Assembly: GCA_963555825.3 (NCBI GenBank)
Contig: CAUVXB020000002.1
Coordinates: forward strand, 1,792,001-1,856,000
Length of the DNA: 64,000 bases
Reading direction: 5' to 3'
Source: Alphaproteobacteria bacterium
GTDB taxonomy: Bacteria; Pseudomonadota; Alphaproteobacteria; JAAXGF01
In this document: one piece after another, positions 52,720 to 62,507 of the stretch
Position numbering within the stretch: position 1 is the first letter of the stretch
Layout: each line of letters opens with the position of its first letter
Program-made: the position numbers and the translations under genes
The notes under the pieces: generated by a model
Seen by the model: the letters and a program-made list of their open reading frames with translations, nothing else
The model's database searches: none
What the model was told of the DNA's origin: nothing

Positions 52720-53487
52720 ATGCTCATGCCCGACCGCCAATCAGCCATCCTGAAGGCCGTCACCGAACAGGGTAGCTGCCGGGTGGCGGCGCTCGCGGCG
52801 GCGCTCGGCGTCTCGGGCGAAACGATCCGCCGCGACGTCGCCGAGATGGCGCGCGACGGTTTGGTGCGCAAGGTTCATGGCGGCGTCGGCCTGCCCGATC
52901 CGCTGCGCGAATCGGGGTTTCGCCATCGCCTGCGCCAGAATGCCGACGCCAAGCGGCGTATCGCCCAGGCCGCCGCCCGAGAGATCCGCGACGGCGCCGC
53001 GATCATGATGGATACCGGCTCGACGACGGCTTATGTCGCCGAGGCGCTGCGCGACCACCGCGGTTTGACGGTCATGACCAACTCGGTCGACATCGCGCAT
53101 GGCTTGGCGACGCGCAACGGCAACCGCGTGTTCATGGCCGGCGGCGAGCTGCGCGCCGACGACGGCGCGGCGCTGGGCCCCGGCGTTGCCGGCTTCATCG
53201 GTCAGTTCCGCGCGCATGTCGCGGTGCTCTCGGTCGGCGCCATCGACATCGAGGACGGCGCGATGGACTACCACTACTCGGAGGCCGAGTACTCGCGCGT
53301 CGTCGTCGAGCGCGCCGAGCGCACCATCGTCGTCGCCGACCGCACCAAGTTCGGCATCCGCACGCTGGTGCGGATCGCCGGCTTCGACGCCATTGACACG
53401 CTGATCACCGATGCCTCGCCGCCGCCGCCGTTCGCCGACCGCCTGGCCGCCCATGATGTCCGGGTGGTGGTCGCCGACCCGGCCTGA
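52720..53487 (+). CDS. DeoR/GlpR family transcriptional regulator
   Basis: VSGETIRRD, KVHGG, DTGSTT, ADRTKFG. Confidence 0.94.
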   Translation: MLMPDRQSAILKAVTEQGSCRVAALAAALGVSGETIRRDVAEMARDGLVRKVHGGVGLPDPLRESGFRHRLRQNADAKRRIAQAAAREIRDGAAIMMDTGSTTAYVAEALRDHRGLTVMTNSVDIAHGLATRNGNRVFMAGGELRADDGAALGPGVAGFIGQFRAHVAVLSVGAIDIEDGAMDYHYSEAEYSRVVVERAERTIVVADRTKFGIRTLVRIAGFDAIDTLITDASPPPPFADRLAAHDVRVVVADPA

Positions 53488-53579
53488 CGCGCCGGCGATT
53501 TCGGCGTCCAATCACCGCCGATCTGATACACTCGCGCGCCAGCGCCGGGGGGCGGCGGCATGGGGAGCAGGGAGCTTCA

Positions 53580-54335
53580 ATGGCGCTCTTGGAAGTTCGC
53601 GATCTAAGCCGGCACTTCGGTGGCCTGGCCGCCGTCGACGGCCTGAGCTTCGGCGTCGAGGAAGGCGAGATCCGCGGTCTGATCGGCCCCAACGGCGCCG
53701 GCAAGACGACGACCTTCAACGTCATCAGCGGTTATTACCCGCCGACCGCCGGCGACGTCGTCTACCGCGGCGAGACGATCGCCCGGCTCAAGACCAGCGA
53801 TATCGCGGCGCGCGGCCTGGTGCGCACCTTCCAGTCGACGACGCTGTTTCAGGAGTTCAGCCTGCGCGACAACGTCTTGGTCGGCTGTCACCTTCACGCC
53901 CGCGTCGGCGCGCTCGGCGCGATCCTCGGCACCGGCCGGCGCGCCGAGGCGCGTGCCGCGGAGAGGGCCGACGAAATCCTCGCGTTCATGGGCTTGGACG
54001 GCCGCGCCGACGAACGCGCGTCGGACCTGCCGCACGGCCACCAGCGCACGCTGGGCATCGCCGTGGCGCTCGCCGCCGATCCCAAGCTGTTGCTGCTCGA
54101 CGAGCCGTTCACCGGCATGAACCCCGAGGAGACACGCCGGATGATGGCGCTGGTCAAGCGCGTGCGCGACGAGCGCGGTGTCACGATCCTGCTCGTCGAG
54201 CACGACATGCAGGCGGTCATGGGGTTGTGCGAAAAGATCACCGTGCTCAGCTTCGGCCGGCTTCTGGCCGAGGGTTCGCCGGCCGAGATCCGTGCCAACG
54301 ACGACGTCATCGAGGCCTATTTGGGCGCCGCCTGA
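53580..54335 (+). CDS. livG: Branched-chain amino acid ABC ATP-binding protein (LivG-like)
   Basis: FGGLAAV, GPNGAGKT, VEHDM, EAYLG. Confidence 0.88.
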   Translation: MALLEVRDLSRHFGGLAAVDGLSFGVEEGEIRGLIGPNGAGKTTTFNVISGYYPPTAGDVVYRGETIARLKTSDIAARGLVRTFQSTTLFQEFSLRDNVLVGCHLHARVGALGAILGTGRRAEARAAERADEILAFMGLDGRADERASDLPHGHQRTLGIAVALAADPKLLLLDEPFTGMNPEETRRMMALVKRVRDERGVTILLVEHDMQAVMGLCEKITVLSFGRLLAEGSPAEIRANDDVIEAYLGAA

Positions 54336-54336
54336 C

Positions 54337-55044
54337 ATGCTGTTCCGCCTGGCCGATATCCATGTGCATTACAACAAGGTCGCCGCGCTCAGAGGCGTCT
54401 CGATCGAGGTCGGCGCGGGCGATATCGTGACCCTGATCGGCGCCAACGGCGCGGGCAAGTCGACGACGCTGCGCGCGATCTCGGGCCTGACGCCGCCGAG
54501 CGCCGGCGAGATCTGGTTCGACGGCCGGCGCATCGACGGCCTGGCGACCGAGAAGATCGTCCGGCTCGGCATCGCCCATGTGCCGGAAGGCCGCCGCGTC
54601 TTCCCCGACCTGACGGTCGCCGAGAACCTGCAGATCGGCGCCTATCTCAGGCGCGACAAGGTCCAGATGGCGCGCGACCTCGACGACGTCTTCAGCCACT
54701 TCCCGATCCTCGCCGAGCGGCGCGGCCAGTCGGGCAAGAAGCTGTCGGGCGGCGAGCAGCAGATGCTCGCCATGGGCCGCGCGTTGATGGCGGCGCCGCG
54801 GCTGCTGCTGCTCGACGAACCGTCGCTCGGCCTGTCGCCCGTCATGGTGCAGAAAATCGCCACGATCGTTATCGACATCAACGCCAAGGGCGTGGCGGTC
54901 ATCCTGGTCGAACAGAACGCCGAGCTGGCGCTTCGCCTGGCACGCTACGGCTATGTGCTCGAGACCGGCCGCGTCGCGCTCGAGGGCCCGGCCGTCGAGC
55001 TGCACGAGCACGCCCATGTCAGGAAGGTCTACCTTGGTGGTTGA
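54337..55044 (+). CDS. livF: Branched-chain amino acid ABC ATP-binding protein (LivF-like)
   Basis: GANGAGKS, VPEGRRVF, LSGGEQQM, DEPSLGL, VEQNA. Confidence 0.88.
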   Translation: MLFRLADIHVHYNKVAALRGVSIEVGAGDIVTLIGANGAGKSTTLRAISGLTPPSAGEIWFDGRRIDGLATEKIVRLGIAHVPEGRRVFPDLTVAENLQIGAYLRRDKVQMARDLDDVFSHFPILAERRGQSGKKLSGGEQQMLAMGRALMAAPRLLLLDEPSLGLSPVMVQKIATIVIDINAKGVAVILVEQNAELALRLARYGYVLETGRVALEGPAVELHEHAHVRKVYLGG

Positions 55045-55684
55045 CGCGCGTGGGGCGGCTGACGCGCGTCGTTGGGTGCTCGCCGACCAGCTGTGGGAGC
55101 GCCTCGTCGAGGCCGGCTTGGCGGCGTTCGACGCGGGCCGCCTCGATGACGCCGGCGCGCTGTGGATTTCCGCCCTGGCGCATGCCGAGCGCTTCGCCGG
55201 CGACGATCCCAGGCGCGCGACCGCGCTCAACAACATCGCCGCCGTGCGGCATCTGCGCGGCGGCGCGGCCGAGGCCGAGCACTTCTATCGCGCCGCGCTC
55301 GACGCCTGGGCCGCCGCCGAGCCCTGGATCGAGGCCATGGCGATCGCGCCCCGGGCGCGCTCCTCGCTGTTCCACCTGCGGCTCGAAGAGAAGCACCGGG
55401 CCGGCTATCATCGCATCGCGCGCGGCGAGCTGCGCAAGCTGCTCGACGAAGGCCGCGCGACATGCCTCGCCAACCTGGCGGCGCTGTGTCGGTCCGCCGG
55501 CCACGGCGCGGACGCCGCGGTGCTCGAGGCGGAAGCCGCGGAACGCGCGCCGCGCGGCGTGAAACCGGGGCTGGCGCGATGGGCCGTGCTGGCGCCGCCC
55601 GGGCCGTGCGACGAACGCAAACTGGCGGCGGCGGCGTTATTGCTGGCGCAGCCTGCAGGACAACCCGACGAGACTGCGCCATGA
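55037..55684 (+). CDS. TPR-like hypothetical protein
   Basis: DPRRATALNNIA TPR-like unit; ARSSLFHLRLE. Confidence 0.65.
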   Translation: MVDARGAADARRWVLADQLWERLVEAGLAAFDAGRLDDAGALWISALAHAERFAGDDPRRATALNNIAAVRHLRGGAAEAEHFYRAALDAWAAAEPWIEAMAIAPRARSSLFHLRLEEKHRAGYHRIARGELRKLLDEGRATCLANLAALCRSAGHGADAAVLEAEAAERAPRGVKPGLARWAVLAPPGPCDERKLAAAALLLAQPAGQPDETAP

Positions 55685-55764
55685 CAGAGCACCTGGCGGG
55701 TGGTAGAGACCCAGGTGATTTCTTCGTAGCGGACCGACCGAATTCGCCGATACGCGAATTTTAC

Positions 55765-55799
55765 TTGTCTTATTTTGATAGTACCATTATCATAGTAGT
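55765..55799 (+). promoter_or_regulatory. Sigma70 promoter overlapping an ArsR operator; likely leaderless arsR
   Basis: TTGTCT-17 bp-TATCAT, 6 nt before the ATG; TGATA-7 bp-TATCA palindrome at 55776-55792; no SD. Confidence 0.65.
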
Positions 55800-56144
55800 A
55801 TGGAATCAACTCAAGCCATCGACGCCCTCGTGGCGCTCGGCCAGGAAACGCGGCTCGCGGCCTATCGGCTACTCGTCGAAGTCGGGCCTAGGGGTCTGCC
55901 GTCGGGGGAAATTGCAACGCGACTGGAGATTTGTCCTTCCACGATGTCTCATCACCTGGCGCAGCTGGAAAGGGCAGGTTTGCTCCGGTCATCGCGCGAA
56001 AACCGACATATTCTGTACGCGGTCGACTGGGACAGCACCGACCAGCTCCTTCAATTCCTTACCGAGGATTGCTGCAAGCTCCACCCCGAGGCGCGTGATG
56101 ACCTGCGCGTGATGGCGACCGCGCGTGACGCCGTCCAGCCGTGA
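55800..56144 (+). CDS. arsR: ArsR/SmtB regulator with C-terminal CC pair
   Basis: ALGQETRL, STMSHHL, FLTEDCC. Confidence 0.9.
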   Translation: MESTQAIDALVALGQETRLAAYRLLVEVGPRGLPSGEIATRLEICPSTMSHHLAQLERAGLLRSSRENRHILYAVDWDSTDQLLQFLTEDCCKLHPEARDDLRVMATARDAVQP

Positions 56145-56171
56145 CGGAGCAACCGATTTGGAGGGAAAACA

Positions 56172-56600
56172 ATGAAGCGCATTCACATTGGTCTGGAAGT
56201 CAAGGACCTGGAAGCTTCAATCGACTTTTACTCGGGCCTGTTTGGCGCCCAACCGTCGCATCGAGAGACGGATTACGCCAAGTGGATGCTGGAAGACCCC
56301 CGGGTAAATTTTGCCATCCAGTGCCTAGGGGCTGAACCGGTCGGCAGTGTCCACTTTGGCGTCCAGGTCGAAAATAGAGACGAGTTGGCCGAGTGCACGC
56401 GCTGGCTGAAAGAAGCTGGCGAGACCGTGTTGTCAGAACCCGGCGCGGAATGTTGTTACTACGTATCCGACAAAGTCTGGGTGGCGGACCCCGATGCCTT
56501 TCGCTGGGAGACATTCCTGACTCTTGGTCGACACACGGAATACGGCGAAAGCCGCGGAATTCCACTCGATAGTGCGACCGGAAAGGAGATCGTACGATGA
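56172..56600 (+). CDS. arsI: ArsI/CadI VOC-family C-As lyase
   Basis: HIGL, YAKWMLEDP, HFG, ECCY...DKVWVADP...WETF. Confidence 0.85.
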   Translation: MKRIHIGLEVKDLEASIDFYSGLFGAQPSHRETDYAKWMLEDPRVNFAIQCLGAEPVGSVHFGVQVENRDELAECTRWLKEAGETVLSEPGAECCYYVSDKVWVADPDAFRWETFLTLGRHTEYGESRGIPLDSATGKEIVR

Positions 56601-57034
56601 AACGTGCGCACATTTGCCTCATCGTGAAGAACATCGACGCCAACGTGACGTTCTATACGAGCCTATTCGGCGAGCCGCCAACCGTCCTGAAGCCGGATTA
56701 CGCCAAGTGGCGACTCGAGGATCCGAAGCTCAACTTCAGCATCGACGCCCATGGCGATGAGCCCGGCCTCGATCATCTTGGAATCGAGCTCGAATCCGCG
56801 GAAATGGTGACCGCTGCCCTCGAGGACTACAGGCAAGGCGGCATCGATGTGTTCGGCGAGACACAAATTGTGTGCGGCTATCACAGGACCGACAAGGGTT
56901 GGGTTACCGATCCACAGGCTGTCCTTTGGGAGACGTTCTTCTCCCCCGAGGTCACGCCACACTATGGGTCTCTCAACGAGGAAGTCACCGCGGAGGTAGA
57001 AAAGCGAACGCAAGAGATTGCCGACTCGGCCTGA
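56597..57034 (+). CDS. Second ArsI-like VOC protein lacking one of the vicinal cysteines
   Basis: HICL, YAKWRLEDP, DHLG, VCGY, DKGWVTDP...WETF; ATGA coupling. Confidence 0.8.
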   Translation: MKRAHICLIVKNIDANVTFYTSLFGEPPTVLKPDYAKWRLEDPKLNFSIDAHGDEPGLDHLGIELESAEMVTAALEDYRQGGIDVFGETQIVCGYHRTDKGWVTDPQAVLWETFFSPEVTPHYGSLNEEVTAEVEKRTQEIADSA

Positions 57035-57189
57035 GCACGTAATCGGAAATCAGGCGTGTTGTAAACCGACCTCCTTTCGCTCCGGACCCCTTTACGAATC
57101 GGTCGAACGCGGTTCGAACGTCGAATCTTCGATCGCGTCTTCGTCCTCCAGAACCCGGGCCAGCCGGAACTCGATCGGGAGACATGTCA

Positions 57190-58083
57190 ATGAGCTACCC
57201 GACGCATAGGCGCCACGGTTCGGTTCTCGTCTTCGACGGCCCGAGCTCGAACCTGCAAGCGACTCAGGCGTTGTTTTCGGAAGCGGATCGCCTTGGCATA
57301 GCTCTGGAAAATATCATCTGCACCGGCGATGTCGTGTCCTATTGTGGCTCGCCGCAGGAGACGGTCGATCTGATTCGGGAAAAGGGCGTGACCGTCATCC
57401 AAGGAAACTGCGAACAATCAATCGGGGACGATTCCGATGAGTGCAGCTGTGGCTATGACCCGAACAGCGTCTGCGATTTGCTATCGCGGCAGTGGCACGC
57501 CTATGCGCGGACGCATCTTGACGACGCGGCCAAGGCATGGTTGCGCCGACGACCACGGCAATTGGCCCTTGAAATCGGTGGCCGTCGCCTTGCCGTCGTG
57601 CACGGACATTTCGGTACTTTGGCCCCGAACCTTACATTCTACCCCTCGACTCCGAGAAGCCAGAAGGCTAGCGAAATCGACGCATTCGGCGCCGATGGAA
57701 TTATCGTCGGCCACACCGCACTACCCTTTGTCGAGCTCGTCGGTACACGGCTCTGGCTAAACACCGGCAATATTGGCTTTCCCGCCAACGACGGAACGCC
57801 ACGCGGTTGGTACAGCTTGATCCATGAGCGCGGGGATGGCCTGGAGATCGAGATTCGAGCCCTTCACTACGAATACAAAATGGCGGTCCACGCTATGCGG
57901 GCAAATGGCCTGGATAACGCTTACGCCGAAGCTCTCGAGACTGGGGTGTGGCCGGGTATGGACGGCGTGCCGGAACCAGACCGGGCTGGTCGCGGCCGTC
58001 CACTGCAGGAAAGGCGCCTGATGTGGCCTAGCCGGGTTTCGGCTGGACCGGATCCTTTAGCTGCTCCAGTGGCATCACCTTGA
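57190..58083 (+). CDS. Metallophosphoesterase family protein with Cys-rich insert
   Basis: CTGDVVSY, GNCE, CSCG...C, VHG, GHT, NTG. Confidence 0.85.
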   Translation: MSYPTHRRHGSVLVFDGPSSNLQATQALFSEADRLGIALENIICTGDVVSYCGSPQETVDLIREKGVTVIQGNCEQSIGDDSDECSCGYDPNSVCDLLSRQWHAYARTHLDDAAKAWLRRRPRQLALEIGGRRLAVVHGHFGTLAPNLTFYPSTPRSQKASEIDAFGADGIIVGHTALPFVELVGTRLWLNTGNIGFPANDGTPRGWYSLIHERGDGLEIEIRALHYEYKMAVHAMRANGLDNAYAEALETGVWPGMDGVPEPDRAGRGRPLQERRLMWPSRVSAGPDPLAAPVASP

Positions 58084-58394
58084 ATCGGCCGTGCAGATGA
58101 AGCAGTCCGTGTTTTCGACCACTACCCAGAAATTTTCGAAGCATGCAGGCCTGTTCCGCCGTCGACACGTCTTTCGGAACTGAGTGCCCACGGAGATCCG
58201 CTGGGACGGTTGCCGAAGTTAGTGGGTCGTGGTCATTCCGCTCGGATGCAGCCAAGACGCCGCAGCGCCCAAGAAGACCTGATTGAAAGGTCCGTTCGAA
58301 ATCATGTCGGAAGCGTTCCTGACGAAGGAATATGAGGCCATGTACAGCATCGATGCTGCTGGCGAAAAAGTCACGAAATCGGAGGAGCCTTGAT

Positions 58395-59286
58395 ATGTCG
58401 GACTATAGCCATCCCACGTTGTTTCCAGGTTTCGTCGAGAAAAGAATCAAAACGAGCCAAGCCGAGATCAATCTGGTCGTCGGTGGCGATGGCCCGCCCT
58501 TGTTGCTGCTCCACGGCAACCCGCAGACACACGTCATTTGGCACAAGGTTGCCCCGCGTCCCGCGGCATTTCACCGTTGTCGCGACGGATTCGCGAGGTT
58601 ACGGGGACAGCTCCAAGCCGCACGGGGAACCGGACCACTCGACCTATTCGAAACGGGCGCTGGCGTTGGATCAAGTCGAATTGATGGAAACTCTGGGCTT
58701 CACAAGCTTTCATGTCGCTGGCCATGATCGGGGCGGCCGGGTCGCCCATCGCATGGTTCTCGATCACCCGGACCGGGTAAGCAAGGTCGCGTTCCTCGAT
58801 ATCGTGCCGTCCTACGATCTGTACCGGCAAACAAACAAGGAGTTCGCCATCTCTCATTGGAGCAACTTCTTTTACATGCAGCCCTATGATCTGCCGGAGC
58901 GGCTGATTGCCGGCGATCCGGAGTATTTTATCCGCAGAAATCTCATGGACTTCGCCGACGCGGAAGCGGTCTTCCCCGAGGCAGCCGTCGCCGAATATGT
59001 GAGATGTTTTACGCCGGCAGCGGTTCACGCGGCTTGTGAGGACTACCGGGCGAGCTTCAGCATCGACGACGAGCACGATACGGCGGACCGGCACCTCAAA
59101 ATCCGCTGTCCGACCCTCGTGTTGTGGGGACTGAAGGGTGCCTGTGAGACGTGTTTCGACATCAGGAGTATTTGGCAGGATCGCGCTGACGACGTGGTCT
59201 ACAAGGCGCTCGACACGGACCACTACCTTGCCGAGGAGGACCCTGATGGAACCTTCGAAGCGCTCCACGGGTTCTTCGGGTCATAG
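58395..59286 (+). pseudogene. Haloacetate dehalogenase-like alpha/beta hydrolase, frameshifted near 58560
   Basis: Frame 1 [19 protein letters not shown]; frame 2 [15 protein letters not shown]...GHDRGGRV...CEDYRA...HYLAEE. Confidence 0.8.
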
Positions 59287-59337
59287 GTGGACAGAGTTTT
59301 TTGAAGGGACCAACATGCCGCACAGGAAGACCGGAGT

Positions 59338-59823
59338 ATGCACGAAGATTTTCTGATCGAAGTCAACGATTTTTTCGGCCGGGCCACGGCGGCGACCTAT
59401 GCCGGCAGCGGTCCTCGGGTCGCGTCCGAGCGGAGTGGCTTCCAGGAGCTGGTCTTCGAGGACGGCGACTGGTCCTACCGAGACAGCTACACCGGCGACA
59501 TCCGGTCGCGCGGCCAGGAGATCATCCGCTACCGGGGAGATCCGGTCTGGGCGCAGTCCTATGGCGGCGGCATGGAGGGCCGTTTCGCCCGGGATCGTGA
59601 CCTGTCCGACAGAAACATGGCATTTCTCAAAACAGCGCTCTCGAGCGGCGATAAACGCACCAGGTTTCAGCCGCGGGGACCGCGCGAGCTGGTCCATGGG
59701 GACTGGCGTTACGCTGCGGAGTGGGTGGGCGATATCGTCGAGTTCCGCGGTGCCGAGGAGATCCACCATCAAGGAGGGCTTGTCTTTACTCACAAGTTCA
59801 TCGGCGGCCTGATTGAGCCCTGA
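59338..59823 (+). CDS. DUF5680-like protein
   Basis: TYAG...YRDSYTG...GQE...W...YGG...RGP. Confidence 0.7.
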   Translation: MHEDFLIEVNDFFGRATAATYAGSGPRVASERSGFQELVFEDGDWSYRDSYTGDIRSRGQEIIRYRGDPVWAQSYGGGMEGRFARDRDLSDRNMAFLKTALSSGDKRTRFQPRGPRELVHGDWRYAAEWVGDIVEFRGAEEIHHQGGLVFTHKFIGGLIEP

Positions 59824-59826
59824 TTG

Positions 59827-60528
59827 ATGACCGACGCACCGACGACGCCCGAATTCGACCTGCCGCGGCGGCTCGCCGCCGAGGCGATCGGCACCGCCAT
59901 TCTGCTCGCCGGCATCGTCGGTTCGGGCATCATGGCCGAACGTCTGGCGGGCGGCAACGAGGCGATCGCGCTGCTCGCCAACATGGCCGCGACGGGCGCC
60001 ATCCTGACCGTCCTGATCCTCGTCTTCGGGCCGATTTCGGGCGCCCATTTCAACCCGGCGGTGACCGTCTCCTTCGTCATGCAGCGCACGCTCGGCCCGG
60101 GCACGGCGGCGGCCTATATCGGCGTGCAGATCGTCGCCGCGCTGGTCGGCGTCGCGCTGGCGCATCTGATGTTCGATGAGCCGATCATCCAGGCCGCGGT
60201 CAAGACGCGCAGCAGTCCCGGCATCTGGGCCGCCGAGGTCGTCGCCACCGCCGGGCTGGTGGCGACCATCATCGGCTGCGTCCGCTTCCGGCCCGAGGCG
60301 GTCGCCTACGCGGTCGGCCTCTACATCTCGGCCGGCTACTGGTTCACGGCCTCGACCTCGTTCGCCAACCCGGCGGTGACCATCGGGCGCGCCTTCACCG
60401 ACAGCTTTACCGGTATCCGCGCCGCCGATGCGCCGGCCTTCATCGTCGCCGAGTTGATCGGCGCGGTTGCCGTCACGCTGCTGTTCCGCTGGTTGCTGGC
60501 GGACCGGCGAAACGACCCCGACATTTAG
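59827..60528 (+). CDS. aqpS: MIP/aquaglyceroporin of the ars-associated AqpS type
   Basis: GSGIMAERL, AHFNPAVT, YWFTASTSFANPAVT. Confidence 0.85.
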   Translation: MTDAPTTPEFDLPRRLAAEAIGTAILLAGIVGSGIMAERLAGGNEAIALLANMAATGAILTVLILVFGPISGAHFNPAVTVSFVMQRTLGPGTAAAYIGVQIVAALVGVALAHLMFDEPIIQAAVKTRSSPGIWAAEVVATAGLVATIIGCVRFRPEAVAYAVGLYISAGYWFTASTSFANPAVTIGRAFTDSFTGIRAADAPAFIVAELIGAVAVTLLFRWLLADRRNDPDI

Positions 60529-61132
60529 GTCCCGCATCTCGGGGAGGGAGGCAACCATGGCCGATCGCGAGATTTCCACCGAGACCGTCGCGGCCGCCGA
60601 GCGGCTCGCCGCGGTCGAGTTCACGCCGGCCGAGCGCGCGCAGATGCTCGGCAAGCTCGACGAGCATGTCGGCCGGGCCCGCGCGCGGCGCGCCTTCGAA
60701 CCGGCCAACGGGCTGGGCCCGGCAGTCGTCTTCGACCCCCGCCTGCCGGGTGTCGCGCTGGCGCCCAACGACGGCGGCTTCCACCCGTCCGAACCGGCGC
60801 CGACGCCGTTGCCGGCGCGAGACGTGGACATCGCCTTCGCGCCGGTCAGCCAACTTGGCGCCTGGCTGCGTCGCGGCGACATCACCAGCACGCGGTTGAC
60901 CGGGATTTATCTCGAGCGGCTCAAGCGCATCGGCGCGACGCTCGAATGCACGGTGACGTCGACCCGCGAGCTGGCCATGGCGCAGGCCGCCAAGGCCAAC
61001 GCGGAGATCACTGCGGGACGCTACCGCGGGCCGCTGCACGGCGTGCCCTGGGGCGCCAAGGATCTCTTGGACACCGACGGCATCGCGACGACCTGGGGCG
61101 CGACACCGTACAAGGACCGTGTCGCCACGCGC

Positions 61133-62507
61133 GAGCTATTGTCAAAAGTTGTGTATGGGCTGATCATGCGGCGGCGCGATCCTGGCGTTCTCCATCTACG
61201 AATTTGACGCCGCGAATGATCTCGGCGAGATGGTTCGATCCATCGAGTTTTCTCCATTTTCTCTGAGCGCACTGGCATAGTTTGAAGACCATGGCCATCG
61301 CCGTCTTGCGCGACAGGCAGCCCTTGGTCCGGTAGGTGCGCAGACGAACCGTGGCGAACGTGCTCTCGATGGGGTTGGTCGTGCGTACATGCTTCCAGTG
61401 CTCGGCGGGGAAGTCGTAGAACGTCAGCAGGACGTCGCGGTCCTTGGCCAGGCAGGCCGCGGCCTTGTCGTACTTCGGCCCGTAGGCTTCCAGGAAGAAG
61501 TCGAAGGCGCTCTCGGCATCCTTCCTGGTTTCGGCCATCCAGATGTCTTGCAGGCGCCCCTTGGCTTTCTTTTGCAGACCCTTGGGCAGCTTGTTCAAGA
61601 CGTTGCCCGTCTTGTGAACCCAGCAGCGTTGCTCGCGGGCGCCTGGGTAGACTTGGCGGAGCGCCTTCCAGAAGCCGAGCGCGCCGTCGCCGAGCGCCAG
61701 TTGCGGACCCATTTCAAGGCCGCGCCGCTTGAGATCGAGCAGAACTTCGAGCCAGGACTGCTCACTTTCGCGATAGCCGTCGGCGATGGCGATCAGTTCC
61801 TTCTGTCCCTTGTCCGTGGCCCCGACGATCACCAGGATGCACTGCTTCTCTTCCTCCATGCGGGCGCTGAAATAGATGCCGTCCACCCAGAAATAGACGT
61901 AGCGCTTGGCCGTGAGGTCGCGCCGTTGCCAGCGCTCCGCCTCAACCCCCCAGACCTCTTTCAGCCGGGTGATCGTGGAGGCCGAAAGCCCCGGCGCGGA
62001 GCTCCCCAGGAGCGCCGCCAAGGCTTCCCCGAAGTCGCCGGTGGAAATGCCCTTCAGATACAGCCATGGCAAAAGGTCTTCCAGGCTCTTGGCGCGGCGC
62101 AGATAGCGCGGCAGGATCGCCGACGTGAAGCGGATGGCGCCGTCCCCCCGGTCCCGCACACGGGGTTGGCGCACGCTCACCGGGCCGATCCCGGTCTGGA
62201 TGAAGCGTTCCGGCAGATATCCATTGCGGACAACCCGGCGGCGGCCGGCGGCGTCAACAAGCGCCGCATGGCTACCCAAAAACACGGAGACCTCGGCCTC
62301 AACGGCTTGGGCCAACAACTCGCGAGCTCCAGCTTGTAGGACTTCCGTCAACGGATCTTTCTGAAAATCAGATGGGTTTTGAAAAGCAACAACGGTATTC
62401 TCTTTCATGGCGTATCCTTCCTTGGCTTAGCTCAAGTGGTGACATCAACAATCACCAGGATACGCCGCCTTCATTTCAACGCCGTACACAAGATTCGGTT
62501 ATAGCTC
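61133..62507 (-). mobile_element. IS256-family element, intact copy (1375 bp)
   Basis: IRs GAGCTATTGTCAAAAGTTGTGTA / TACACAAGATTCGGTTATAGCTC. 9-bp TSD GCCACGCGC at 61124-61132 and 62508-62516. Confidence 0.96.
61164..62408 (-). CDS. IS256-family transposase
   Basis: Identical to the 4051..5295 protein. Confidence 0.95.
   Translation of the reverse strand: MKENTVVAFQNPSDFQKDPLTEVLQAGARELLAQAVEAEVSVFLGSHAALVDAAGRRRVVRNGYLPERFIQTGIGPVSVRQPRVRDRGDGAIRFTSAILPRYLRRAKSLEDLLPWLYLKGISTGDFGEALAALLGSSAPGLSASTITRLKEVWGVEAERWQRRDLTAKRYVYFWVDGIYFSARMEEEKQCILVIVGATDKGQKELIAIADGYRESEQSWLEVLLDLKRRGLEMGPQLALGDGALGFWKALRQVYPGAREQRCWVHKTGNVLNKLPKGLQKKAKGRLQDIWMAETRKDAESAFDFFLEAYGPKYDKAAACLAKDRDVLLTFYDFPAEHWKHVRTTNPIESTFATVRLRTYRTKGCLSRKTAMAMVFKLCQCAQRKWRKLDGSNHLAEIIRGVKFVDGERQDRAAA

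Noticed and set aside
58084-58394. 300-bp gap in the arsenic island as a small gene or RNA
   Set aside because: Only short ORFs without motifs and no convincing structure were found by eye.
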